DNA of 63,996 nt, the filler included, from Dimargaris cristalligena (taxonomy: Eukaryota): assembly GCA_003614675.1 (NCBI GenBank). It is 6 parts of 6 records of this genome, joined end to end, with 100 filler letters (N's around TTAATTAATTAA, not from the genome) between each part and the next. Parts side by side here need not be neighbours in the genome. Positions count along the whole stretch, not along the records: positions 43,630 to 54,390 come from ML003155.1; positions 54,491 to 63,996 come from ML003259.1; 4 more parts are not named here. One strand, written 5' to 3'. This document shows, one piece after another, positions 51,148-63,805 of this stretch. Each line of letters starts with the position of its first letter. Position 1 is the first letter of the stretch. The notes beneath the pieces are model-generated. The model searched no databases. It saw only the letters and a list, made by a program, of their open reading frames with translations, and was not told the DNA's origin. The position numbers and the translations under genes were made by a program.

Positions 51148-52508
51148 TTTGTTAAAAACTATGACCCGATAGGCATACTGTTACCACCTGTTTTTGATCA
51201 ATTAGGTTGGCTCATTTAGCTATTCTTTGTCCTCCCATTTTAACCACCTAAAATTCGCCATGTCAATTACACTATTCAGTAAAACTAATGACCGAGAGGT
51301 ACCTACTGTCCTCTAGCTGCTTTCTGCCCTCTCACTCTGTTTTTTTAATAAGTCTTTAGTTTTTCCAACAATATCTTGTAGTAAACTTGGACCTACCACA
51401 GTTATCACAGCTCTGTAAAATGAGCCTCACTGCCTTTCGAGTGCAGTTAAACATTCGTGGATTTTGTTGGTCAGGTAAAAGTTCCCCCGTTTTGTAACAT
51501 CACAGCGTTATCGACTTCCTAGACAACGGGACATTTACTAGGGCAATGCCTGGATAACGGGCGGATATTAACCTGGTAATAATATGGATTTAAAAGGTTG
51601 AGGAGCGTACAATCAACAAGTAATTATAACCCAGTTGCCATTACACTATTGTGACATCGCTTTCCCTCTATAAAGTAAGACATATGTCGCCAAGACTATA
51701 ACAACATGCATAGACCGACTGGCAATTATATACCAAGCGAGGAAATAAGTTAGGTTTAATATCTGTGCATGGTATTGATAAATAAAACGCAAATAGAAGG
51801 CGACAAAATTAAGAGCCAGTTGCAATCAAATGTGAAGGCGGGAAAAATGATCAAGTGTAAATGCGTTTGCCAAAACGAAGCGAAAACCAGGTTGATTGAA
51901 GAAATAAGCAACGCGACGAAATGTGATGTGTGTGTGTGTGTTTGTATAAAGCAGAATGTGAATAACTCCATCAAAAGAAAAAGAGAAAAAGTAGTCCAAA
52001 TGGCAACCAAGTCAAAGTAAGCGGGGCCAATTATAATGATATTAATATTAATAGAGAAGTAGAAAGAGAGTCGGGGATTCAACAAAAATCCCGTAGGTAA
52101 TAAGCGAAGGAGGAAAATTATGGGGTAACACAACTATAGGTACTAGGTGATTTAGTAAGGACAGCTGTCCGAAAGGTCCAGTGATATAAAAATGTATATA
52201 AACATATCAATTATAAATAATGGGTAAAAATACGGTGGAGTAAGAAACTCACATAGGTTGAGGAAGGGGGAGAAGGGGACAGAATACAAACTACTAAATA
52301 AAGCCGCCGTAGGGATATAGCCCCTACGTTGTAGTACAAACCAAATCATCTTCGATGATAATCGCAAAATTGACGAGGTGAGGGGAAAAGATACCCTAGT
52401 GCTAGCACATACCATTTAAACGAGATTTAAAAAGTAGGCTCGCACTAGTTTACAAAATATCTGAATAGGTAATATAATAGTAGGCCATCACCCTCATTTC
52501 AAAATCGT

Positions 52509-54390
52509 CTAGGAAAAGAACTTGGATGAGAAAAGTCGATCTACGATCATACTACCACTCCCCCCACTACTGCTACTACTGCCGCTATTGCCACCATTAT
52601 TAGTGCCAGTGGTACTAGTTCCACTTCCACGGTTGACCACACCGTTAACGTTCCCATTCGCCAATACAGACGAAAGGCCGCCCATACTAACGGACCGACC
52701 CATAGCCAAAGGAAGATTGGCGGACCTAATAATCGCCGACCCCGCCCCGGCATGGCCATGTCCCGTCATGTCACCATTATCCACTTTAGACGGAGATAAC
52801 AATACAGCCGGCTCCAGGGTCCGTGGAAGTCCGTTAGCCAGTAGTTCCGAACCCTTGGCATTGATGGCGGGGATATCCAGCTCCGGGTGGCCCAGTAGGT
52901 TCATGGGGTGGGAATGGGTCCGCCGCACCCGGCGATCGCTGCTGAATACTGCGGCTGCGGCCATAGGGGGCGACGGGGTGCGAGTCACGCGGGGAAGGGG
53001 GTGCGAAGTAAGAATGGAGGTGGTACCAATCCCAAGGTTAGTCGTGCCGGTAGCAGTGGTAAGGAGCGAGGTCCCAATAACTGCTGGATAGGGGGATGGT
53101 GTTGGTAAGAGTACATTGTCCACCTGCTCTAAAGTGGATGGAGTGGGTGGGTTGCGGTTTTTACCCAGAGCGGACGAAAATTTAACGTCCGCCAGGGAAT
53201 TCTCCATCAACGATGGGAAGGACGAAATGCGACTTAGGAGGGACTGGGAAAGTCGACCAGTGGTGCTGGTAGGCTTGGTCGGTGGACTTGGCCCAGAGGA
53301 TGTAGTGGTTGAGCCGGCTCCAGAAGAGAGGGCCGCCTTGTCCTGGGCAGAGGAAGTGGCCAAGGCAGCCCCTGTGTAGGAAGCCTGAGAGACAGGTGTA
53401 GCAGCGGGTGAATCAGATCCCGATCCCGGACTTGTAGCGGTCGGCCCAGGGTTAGTTATAGCTTTCCCGGCCGACTGCTTGCGCTTAAATGTGAACGAAG
53501 GGAACGAAAATGACGGCCTGATAATATCAATGGCACCCCTAGAGGTAGGCTCAGCGACTGCCGGGGCCGTTGCAGGCGAAGGCTCAATGGGCACATTATT
53601 AGTGGTCTCAGCCGAAATGGGTGCCGGGTTTGGGGGAGCATTGCCCGGTTGTCCTGGTACGTTTTTAGAATCAACTACCGACGAAGTAGGGCGAATCTCT
53701 CCGACATCGGTGGCCTCAACCGGAAAATCGAGCTGCAAACTATTGCTCCTATGGGGAACAGGGTTAGCAGGGGAATCTACATCGCCCGAACTGATGACCA
53801 TTCCCCCGAATACCGCCGTAATCGAAGGGGCCGCGGTTTCGCTCGAAGCTACGGCGTCGGGGGTCGTGACCTTCTCGGAATGATTCGTAGAGTTGTCACT
53901 ACCCTCGGCTTTGCTGCTCTGGACTCCTAGCCAAGGAATCTTGGCTATCGGAAGTTCGGGTTCCCGGGGGATAGGAATATTGACAATCTGCTTGGGGAGG
54001 GTCTCAATAATAGCCAAGACGTCCCGGTCGGTATCAGCGCGTAGGATGTTGATGAGATCAGTAATGAGCTGGGATCGGGTATCCGTCCAGTGGTAGGTGG
54101 TAACAGGCTCGTTGGGTTGGGCGGAACTTTCTACGACAGGTGCTACTCGATTCAACTCAGTAGATGCTGTCGTGTCTGGTACCTCGGCTTCGTCGGGCAG
54201 CGGGTCTTCGACAGTCTCGGTAGCCAACTTGGTGGAGGAGGCTGGGTTTGGGGTTATATCATCGACGGAGGCTGGATACGTCTCGGACGAGTAGGGGCCT
54301 AACGGACCACTATCGGTGGCAGAACGATGATCCTGCGAATTAGTCGATGATCGGGGTGAGGACTGAGTTGACGACGACCTCGATTTTGTA
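52509..54390 (-). CDS. C-terminal ~625 aa of a large protein (5' end lost at contig break); mostly Ser/Thr/Pro low-complexity
   Basis: Frame is open from the spacer to the TAG at 52509, with coding-like composition. The only ordered-looking segment is QLITDLINILRADTDRDVLAII (HEAT-repeat-like). Confidence 0.8.
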
Positions 54391-54490
54391 NNNNNNNNNN
54401 NNNNNNNNNNNNNNNNNNNNNNNNNNNNNNNNNNTTAATTAATTAANNNNNNNNNNNNNNNNNNNNNNNNNNNNNNNNNNNNNNNNNNNN
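54391..54490. other. Artificial contig spacer
   Basis: 44N-TTAATTAATTAA-44N. Confidence 0.98.
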
Positions 54491-55491
54491 AGAGAGGTGG
54501 GAATTCCGCCAGTTACCTTAGTGCGCTTGGAAGGCCCGCTTAGGCTGTTAATTATAATACTAATATTATAAGGCCAAAGGAAAAAAAGGAGTTCGAAATG
54601 CAGAAAGGAGAGTCGGACATTTTTGATGCAAGACAGTAGTGTAAGGATGACAGTCACTTACCCCCCACTTTGAGCGACCTATTCTGGCCGCAAGGTTCGC
54701 CTACTAGTTGGCCTTTCAGGTGAGGAATGTCGGGAAATAACGGGAGTGGGGTGCCCACCGGATGTCACTTCTTTCCCAGCTCTCCATTGTCATAAAAATG
54801 CCACCTACGGCTGTAGGCAAATGGCAGACTGCTGGATGGTACTACATATACACATTAGATGTTAAAGATGCGCGGATAGCTGATTGTCATGGGCAATAAT
54901 CCTAGTAACGACTGGAAGGCACATCGCGGAAGGTAACACACAAGCGGATGATACAAAGCGGTGATTTATAGACAATACATGTGGTATATATCGGTAGCAC
55001 AGGATTGCTAGTAAAAGGGAGTATTGGATAGTCGCTAACTTTATACAAAATAACTATTGGGATTGGCACTGGTTTATATAGCCGGGCTGGCTAAGGACAA
55101 ATGCGTCACAACAGCACAAAGCATGCTGAAACACGTAACCGGATAATAAGATAAACATAGGGATAGTAATAAAGGTGAAAAAAATGATAGACGATATTGA
55201 ATATGGGAGTAGTTCAACAAGGCTGTATAACGAAAAATCCATTTGATGAGGCAAGTACTACTGGTTGAAAATAAACATCCCACCGATTTTCCCATACGCA
55301 TAACAGTTAAAACCTTATACAACCGAGCTGAACTTCACCCATATGTAAATGAAGCAGCGGGAATGGCAGAAAGGCGATTCTTCAGTAGTGGGATGCTGGT
55401 GTCTGATTGATAATGGTACTGGGTGATGATGGCACCGAGTTCCCAAAGATAAGTGGGCTTTAATCCCGTGGATTATTAGGTACGGCATTGA

Positions 55492-56330
55492 TCATACAAT
55501 CATATCCATGCATTTGCAAATATAAAACTCAGTATAGTAAGATTTCATAAATAAATCAAGTTCGGTTAGCCAGCCTTTGTATTGCCCTGATCTCGTATAT
55601 TCCCGGTATTCGGGATAAAAGCCAGCCAGATCCCAATCCAGAAGCGTAAGAATATTACCACTCTTACCAATAAGTATGTTTTGCGGTGTAATATCTCTGT
55701 GGATGAAATATAGCACATAATCCTTTGCAAGGGTCTTCAATGCATGGGCATGGAGTACCTCAGAGGAAATCGGGGAGGCGTATAAACTACCAAAATTATT
55801 TAGATTCCAACAAATAATTTTATATCTTGATATTTGTTGATTATATATTTGTGACTACTGTTGCCCGGTAGGATACTGGGAAGAGAACATAACTGTGCTA
55901 TAAAAGTACCCAGTTGGTTGATGATTTTTCTTCAGAATGGTGTAGTTTTCCAGTCCAGCAGAGTTCCAGGCACCCCGCCCATAATGATACACTCCCCTTA
56001 GATTCCATGAACAGTGGGGACGGGGATGTCAGTTAAGTACTGGACTAAAAGCATATTAAAGGCCTCTTTGGGTGTTCTGTGTTTCACTATACAGGCACCT
56101 TTTGGCAAAAGTACTTCCTGTATACAACTGCATATAGTTGGTAGTTTTCCCACATATGTCGGAAGGTCAAGTGCAGTGTATGAGGGATGCATTGTGCTAT
56201 ATAGATTTCGATTTGATGGAATCCCATGGATTTACAGGCCACTGTAGAATTTACTCTTGGGTTTTCCAAAATAGGAATCCAGAGGAGTGAAGTCGCCCAG
56301 GACAAATCAACTGGTTTGGCATGTCTGGTT
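55492..56330 (-). pseudogene. Aminoglycoside-phosphotransferase/choline-kinase-like (kinase fold) pseudogene
   Basis: Fragments KEAFNMLLVQYLTDIPVPTVHG and FIHRDITPQNILI...LLDWDLAGFYPEYREY (HxD..N and DW..AG.YP motifs), separated by stops and a frameshift. Confidence 0.7.
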
Positions 56331-57085
56331 ATATGATAAGGAGGGGACTAAGGGTGTGTGTGTGAGTATGTTGGGATGGGGGCAGAAGGGGAATCAAGGA
56401 AAGGAATGGTGGCGAAGATGGGAAACCACAGAATATAGAGGAGCGGTGCGGATGCCGCCTCGGCCAAATGAAAAAGGTTGTCACTTCCAAATAAAATAAT
56501 GCAAACTGGGGGGGATTAGTTGGTTAACGACGAATACCAATACCTACAGTAGAGTGTTATGTTAGTGGACTTTTTCAGGAATGTTAAAAACACTGTACTA
56601 TGGTTTGCCATAAATAAACAGACGTGGAAAGCCACTGCGGGTCAACTAAGTGACTCTTTGGAATCGACTAAAGAGGCAGTCCCTCTATCACTTCCACCCT
56701 TTGGTCAATTGTAGTTTTTTGCAGATATAAGAATCTCCAATGTCCCGTGACCACCATATTTATAGACTCAGTCCACTCCACTTCTTATCCAACCCCACGT
56801 ATTTATATCATACAATTGTATTGCTGCATAGTGCAGGATTGGGGAAAGCCTATTTTTTTAATAATTTTATCAAGTACAATCATTTCTGTATTTATTTATG
56901 TTTTTACACCAGAGGCAAAGCCATTGCCGCAATGATATATACTATTATCAATATTGAAACCATGGGTAGAAAGCAACCACTGATAACAAAGTCCAATAAC
57001 TGAAAACAGAGGTTGTTTATAATGAATAGCAATTACTGATAATTATGTTAACATCCTGGTAATAATATGAAAATTCTTTATATCC

Positions 57086-57669
57086 TGTTACCTGGGTTAA
57101 CCACTCTTTATCCATCAAGAATCCCAAGAATAGACTTCTAATGGAATATGGAGCTTGGACTTAGCCAAATGGGTCACTAGCATTAGGTAGGAGTATAGTA
57201 CTAACTAATAAAGGCTTACATGGTTTACTAGGTAAGGGGTATACAGCAGGTACACTTACTATTTAGTATAAAGGGGTAAGTATATATAGAGTTTATTAAG
57301 GTAAATTAGTAGATAAGAATAAGCTAAGGAATCTAACTGGTCCTGTGGGGGCTGGTTATATATACATAGTGGACTACTCCAAAGGGAGGTCCCCAAAGGA
57401 AGAAGATACTACTAGGACTACTAATAGATAGAATACCTAACTAAACTAATTTGAGGATATGGAAGACTCTGCTCGGAACTGGAAGAGTTATTAGATCAGC
57501 CCAGGAGTAATTAATGTGAACCACAGAGTCCAGAAAGGGAATGGTTATACCATATAGGATGATCCCATAGTACCAGGAGTGACTATGGGAAGGTTCATAT
57601 AGTACTATAAGGTCTAATAAGGGTGGACAATTATCATGTCTAGATTAATTTAGATAAGGAGGGCTGATA
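57086..57669 (+). mobile_element. Solo LTR family A, full length
   Basis: TGTTACCTGGGTTAACCACTC ... GGAGGGCTGATA. Confidence 0.85.
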
Positions 57670-58019
57670 CATATACCTATAGAAGATAATAATAACTGCC
57701 ATACTAATGATCACTTTATAAGATAATTAAAACTTACTTGACATTAGGTATTAATTGGTCTTGTGATGATTTCTAAGGCCTGATTACACTCCCTAGCCTT
57801 CTAAAATCAGGCTTAATAAGCCTAAGACATGGAGGAAAAGTAATATTACTACCACACCTTATCTTTGAGTTATGAGGAAGAGGAATACAAATAGTGTGTG
57901 GTAAGTCACATGATATTGTAGGTATCAGAAAGGGATATATTTAGGAGAGACATACAAGAAGTTATAAAAGGGCAGCATGATGGTCAGGTGTAGTAAGTGA
58001 AAAAAACAAAAGCCTAGAC

Positions 58020-58149
58020 TGTTGGAATACTAAGGACAGAAATAATAAAACAGGAAGTAAGGGAAGAAAGGGAAGAAAGCAGCTAGAGGACGGTAGGTAC
58101 CTCTAGAGGGTTAGTTTTATTGAATTTTAATTTCTGTGGGGTGAAATAT
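58020..58149. mobile_element. LTR-like family B fragment cut off by a family A copy
   Basis: Matches 22652-22775 and stops exactly where family A (58150) begins. Confidence 0.65.
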
Positions 58150-58713
58150 TGTCACCCCTCCTAATCCATCCTAATCCATCCACTATGATTGCCATTATAG
58201 CAGGCTGTATAGCACCATATCGTACCCCCGGCCCTAATAAGGCTGGACATCACTTATATCTCCTTGCCAGCCGGACCTCCCAGAGTTCACACTAATCACT
58301 CCTAGGTGATCTTAGTGCCTTCCAATTCCCATGGAAGTCCTGCTCATCCAAGGACCACCCAGCCCCCCCTATTGTTATCCTATTATGTAGTTCCCCTTGG
58401 GACCTCCCCTTTGGAGTAGTCCCTTGTGTATATATACCCAGGCCCCTCTTGGGACCAGTTAGTAGCTTAGCTTATTCTTACCCCCCGCAGTTTACCCTAA
58501 TAAACTCTATATACACTCACCCCCTCGATACTGACCAGTAAGTGTGCATCAGTGCATGTCCCCCACCTACGTAGTATGCTTGCTTTATTCAGTTAGTATC
58601 AGCCACTGTACATAACACTAGTAGCCCGCTTGGCTGTGTCTAACACTCTGCCTACGGTTAGAAGCCTATCCCTGAGACTCTTGACAGACTAAGAGTGGTT
58701 AACTCAGGCAACA
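58150..58713 (-). mobile_element. Solo LTR family A, full length, reverse
   Basis: TGTCACCCCTCCTAATCC ... AAGAGTGGTTAACTCAGGCAACA. Confidence 0.85.
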
Positions 58714-61565
58714 GACCACACTTGCTGCCTCCAGAAATATCCTACCAATTCCCTTAGGTCCTATGCTATACCATTCTTCCTAGCCCATTTACCCTCTGAG
58801 GCCCACATGCTGGATGATTATTTATCTACAGTCCAGCATCATTTGAGTAATGTATCCAGCCCCTTAGACTATGTTCTATCCCGCCTTCATCATAGTGTCT
58901 TTGACCCACATACTCTTATGTAATGTCTTGCTGATTCTCTTATTCTCCTGGCTGATGCCAATTCCCTACTCTCCCACCTACGCACCCACCTGGGTAATTG
59001 TGTGGTTGCCCCATATGCTGTTTCTCCTATCCTTTTGGACCCTCACCACCGGCCTCTTGTCCCCTATGCTATAGTTCAATCCCTTATCTGCCAATCAGCT
59101 GCTAACCGTCCCCGCTGTTATAATCCGACTTACCACCCCCACTCGGCTACAACTATTCAGACTGAGGTTAGACCATCTCCTCCCACTATACAGTCATTAT
59201 CCCATCCCCGACCCCCCTCGGTCACTACCTTTATCCCTCCTTCAATGCAACATAATGCTTTAGTTGGTGGTTGCCTTAGTCGCCACCTTCCACATGTTGG
59301 AAATATAAATTCGATGGTAAACGCAAGTACCTTCAGATGTAACTTGAAAGGATTTAAAGAAGAGAGAAAGAACCGCAAAGGGCAAGGCTAGATGCCCGCG
59401 GTTGGTTTTATTGAATTGGATATAAGCAGTAATATCGATTAGGACAAAGTTCCAAGTATAGGATGATGTAGTAATGGCTATAGTAAAGTCCCAAGAATAG
59501 AACGAGCCAATCACAGAGATGGAATTGGTGGGACGGGGAAAATGAATTTCTAACACCACACTGGTCTACTCTTACTTGTGACCCCTGGGTTCTTTCTATT
59601 ATTAAATATGGTTACCGCATTCCTTTCACCCATCGGCCCCCTACATCCTCAATTAGTTCTACTACTACTCGCCATTTCTCTCTGGCTGAATAGCACCTTA
59701 TTAATACGGAAATACAATCTCTCTTAGCAAAAGATGCTATTATTCCCCTCCACCACCATACTAGTGGATTCCGGTCTCCACTCTTTTTAGTCCCTAAGAA
59801 AACAGGTGACAAACACCCTGTACTGGACCTCCGCGCTTTAAACTGCTTCATTTCCCCACACCCATTTAAAATGGAATCAATTGCCCATGTCTGTCGCCTT
59901 ATTTGGCGTAATGATTATATGACTAGCATTGACCTGTCCGATGCCTTTTTACATGTTCCCCTTCACCCTCACTCCCGCCAGTATTTACAGTTTGACTGGC
60001 AAGGCTGCTGCTATCAATTCACAACCTTACCCTTTGGCCTTTCATTATCCCCCATGGTTTTTACAAAAATCCTTCGCCCTCTTTTGGCTCATATCCGCCG
60101 CCTGGGTATTTGTATTTCTGCCTACCTTGACGACTTAATTATTGTTGCTTCCTCCCGGGTTACTTGCTCTGACCATACCTCTACTGTCCTTCAAATACTC
60201 CAAGATGCTGTATTTATAATTAAGCCTGCCAAGTCCACTCTCACCCCCTCCCGTTCTATTGAACACTTAGGTTTCCGCATCCGTTCCCGCTCAATGACCT
60301 TAGCCGCACCCTCAGAGAAACTTAAAGTGATCCGGCGGGATGCTCGCCGCCTATTACAACAATCCACTGTCCCTATTCGTCATATGGCCTCATTTGTTGG
60401 CCGGGCCATGGCCCTTAACCCCACCATTTTGCCTGCCCGTCTGCATACCCACTCCCTCACTACTGCCATTAATGGTGCCTTACGCCACAGCTCCTGGTCT
60501 GGCTCCTTGCGCCTCTCAGAAATGGCACGCTCTGATCTACAGTGGTGGATTGATAAACCAAAATCCTGGAATGGCCGTTCTTTTCTGCATACACCTGTTG
60601 ATACTGAGATATTTACTGATGCCTCTGATTGGGGTTGGGGTGTTGTTACTGATACTACATGTTATTCTGCTGCTTGGTCTGATTATGAATGTACTATGCC
60701 TATTAACTGGCGTGAACTTCGGGCTGCTGCCATTGCCATCACACTCCCTGAACTCTGTGGTAAACATCTACGCCTATATTCTGATAATGTTACTGCTCTT
60801 GCATACCTTCGTCATTTTGGTGGTTCTCGCTCTTTAGATCTCCAATCCCTTGCCCGTCAGATATGGAAATACTGTTTCCAAACTTCTACTACCTTATCTC
60901 TATAGCATGTCCCATCTAAATTGAACCCCGTTGATGCTCCATCCCGCCAGCTGTTGCCACAACTTGAATGGCGAATTCATCCCCGGACTTTTAATCGGCT
61001 GAATGCCCTATGGGGTCCCCATACTATTGATCTTTTTGCTTCTCCTAATAATCACCAGCTTCCTCATTTTTGTTCTTGGGCTTCCAACCCTTTTGCATTA
61101 TGCACTGATGCTCTCTCTTGTGCCTGGCCCCCCCTGGGCAATCTGTATGCTTGTCCTCCATGGAATCTTATTCCTCAAATCTTACAAAAAGTTATCCGTG
61201 AACGTGTTACCATGACACTAGTTGCCCCTCTATGGTATTCTGCCATTTGGTACCCCACTCTTCGATCTTTATTTATTGCCTGTCCAATTCGAATTCACCT
61301 AACAGAAACTATTCCTAGTCCTGGCTGCACCCCTTTGACCCACAAAAACCCCCATTGGGCCCTAGCTGCTTTTCGCATTAGTGGTATTGGCTCTAAAGTT
61401 AAGGCCTGGAACCAGTTGCAATCAATATCCTTTGGGTCCAAGACCAATCGGCCCACTCGTAGCTTTATCCAACATCCCCGTGGTTTCTTTTCCCTCACTG
61501 TATGCAATGCACCATGGACGCAACCATATCGGTCCATCAATACACTGCCTCCTCTTCCAAATTAA
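58714..61565 (+). mobile_element. Decayed DIRS1-like (tyrosine-recombinase class) retrotransposon: gag remnant, RT, RNase H, adenine-methyltransferase-like domain; no intact YR
   Basis: VGGCLSRHLPH|WSTLTCDPWVLSIIKYGYRIPF, FLVPKKTG, IDLSDAFLHVP, LPFGLSLSP, AYLDD (RT); FTDASDWGWG, INWRELRA, SDN (RNase H); IDLFASPNN...YACPPW..IPQILQK..LVAPLWYSAIWYP (MT). In-frame TAG stops at 59691 and 60903. Confidence 0.9.
59295..59555. mobile_element. 261-bp solo LTR inserted in the DIRS pol, perfect TSD CCACA
   Basis: CCACA|TGTTGGAAAT...TTTCTAACA|CCACA; removing it rejoins the pol frame. Confidence 0.9.
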
Positions 61566-62150
61566 ATCCAGTTATTAATTATTGAACCCGTCCCCCCCCC
61601 TGCTGGTTAATGTCTTTTTTATACCTTATGCCTACTATGGTCTTGCTAATTTATTTACCCTCTTTATAATCCCTTTCCTGCTTTATCTAGTCTGCTGACC
61701 CCGCTTTTAGCTTCACTTATACTCACTTGGCTCATTTCTGCTGCCAATATACATGTTACTGTTTTGATTTCCTTTCTCTTCATTATATTCCTTTCCCCGG
61801 CCAGTACTTGACTTACTGTCCATCCTTACTGATGTGGGTGCTACCCCTCAATTCCCCTATTTTTGACCCTGACTAGGTTTCATACTGGCCACATTTCCCG
61901 GTTATATATTATCTATTCCTATAGATTTCTTGGGCATTACTGTCCCGCTCCCTGGAGTACCAAGAATGTATTGGAAATACCTAGACCACTCTGATGAATC
62001 TCTATTTTACCAATTCTTATATTAACAGTATTATACTGACTTTTGATACCAACCTTCAGGCATTTTGACTTCTTCAACCCCTGTTTATCACTTCACTATC
62101 CTGGTAGTTCTTATAGTATTATTATTCTTATTATTCATTATACTCTGAAT

Positions 62151-62467
62151 TACCTATATATTCCCACTGGGAATAATATAATAGTTGACCAGTGCTTTAG
62201 CGCAGTCTACAGGTATTATTCCCGGTGGGGATTATAACCCACCACTCCCATTCCCTTGGCTTTTCTCCTGCAAACATAATGATAAGGATCCTCAGAATGG
62301 GGAGGATACTTGCTTTTTATAATTCTTGTTTCAAAAAAATTTTATAGAAAATTTCTTACTCTTAAAAAAATGGTTCAAAAACCAATAAATTGATGGTATC
62401 TACCTATATATTCCCACCAGGAATAATACCTGTAGACCACACTAAAGCACTGGTCAACTATTATATT
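62151..62467. repeat. Inverted-repeat/foldback structure (57-bp arms 62175-62231 and 62411-62467)
   Basis: AATATAATAGTTGACCAGTGCTTTAG..GTCTACAGGTATTATTCC.GGTGGG is reverse-complemented at 62411-62467. TACCTATATATTCCCAC..GGAATAATA is directly repeated at 62151 and 62401. Confidence 0.8.
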
Positions 62468-62484
62468 GGGACCGGTTGACACAT

Positions 62485-63047
62485 TAGCTTATTCTTACCC
62501 CCCTAGTTTACCCCAATAAATACTATATATGCTCACCCCCATACCAACTAGTAAGTGTGCATTGGTGCATGTCCCTCACATATGTAGTTAACACTTGCTT
62601 TATTTGGTTAGTACCCACCCTACCTAACACTAGTAGCCTGCTTGGCCATGTCCAATGCCCCGCCTATCATTAGAAACCTATCCCTGAGACTCTTGATGGA
62701 CTAAGAGTAGTTAACTTGGGTGACATGGGCCTAGTTACATATATACAGGCACAACTTTAGAGGGAGGCCCTGGGGGAAAGATCCTGCTAAGACTAGGAAT
62801 AGATGAATAAGCTGACTAGCCCAGTTACTAGTATCTGGAAGACTCTGATGGTAACCTGAAGGGCTAGTAGGTTGGTGGATAGAGCAAGTAATGTAAGCTA
62901 GTGATTTTGACTATAATTAAGGTTATGTAATAAATGATGATCCCATATCACTAGGTGTGACTATAAGAAGGCTAATATGGTGCTATAAGGCCTAATAGGA
63001 AGGCTGGTGGAGTTGGCTGGATTAAGGGGGAATTAGTTAGGCTAGTA
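62485..63047. mobile_element. Two abutting family A halves (reverse 5' half 62485-62725; forward 3' half 62726-63047)
   Basis: First half ends TTAACTTGGGTGACA; second half has AGAGGGAGGCCC, GAAGACTCTG and GCTATAAGGCCTAATAGG. Confidence 0.75.
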
Positions 63048-63805
63048 CTGATGATTTTTCCTTATAATTTTTATTTTCATTATTATTTTACCATATTTTA
63101 TATTATATTTTCGTGTAATACTTTTATTAATATAATGGGTAACTGCAAAGCTATTAAGTATTATAGTAAACCCTCCATCTTCCAATTAAGCTAAGTCTAT
63201 ACCAGTCCCTGGCCACTCAATTACTAGATACAGTATCATCGTCTATATCATCAAACCTTAGGAACCAGTTCCTGGTGAGCCACTGGGTTCCTCCCAAACC
63301 GCAGGCAAAACTTATCCAAAAATATTGATCCTCTAACCCTTGATAGATCCCCTTACCTTGGCTTTTCAGTTGCTCAATTATACTATACTACCATTTTTAA
63401 TCATCAGTTACTATATCACTATTACCGAAATTTAATAAGAAAATGTGTATATTATTAAAGCCAGTGTTGGCCTAACTGTCAATTGACAGGCCAAGTAAAC
63501 CACCTAACAATATGTAAATTAGAGTAAGGCTTAGTATCTGTTTCAGCTTAATTAGTAAAAACAGGTGCTGAAACAGACTTCTTCGGAACTCACATTGATA
63601 CAATCTAATGTGATACCATGGATAGTAACCAGATCGCGGTCCTCAATAGTGGCTGTGACACTACCTTTGTATATTTTATAGAATGCAGGTATAATAGTGA
63701 AATATATACACCTTAATCAAGATAAGGTCAACATTGGGAAGTCTGTATTGATTAGTGATAGGTACATGAAGTGTTCCAGAAAACAATTTAGCAATGGGAT
63801 ATAGA

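Noticed and set aside
18688..54302. Numerous 60-210-aa ORFs overlapping or antisense to the real genes (e.g. 29756-30394, 27219-27785, 52522-53091)
   Set aside because: Shadow ORFs produced by GC-rich codon usage; no independent motifs.
54491..54790. Minus-strand AAAGTGGGGGGTAAGTGACTGTCA as a polypurine tract plus LTR start
   Set aside because: No integrase or chromodomain upstream and no second copy to confirm it.
61340..61600. DIRS tyrosine recombinase ORF
   Set aside because: Only a possible short N-terminal trace (GLEPVAINIL) among stops; the catalytic domain is not seen.
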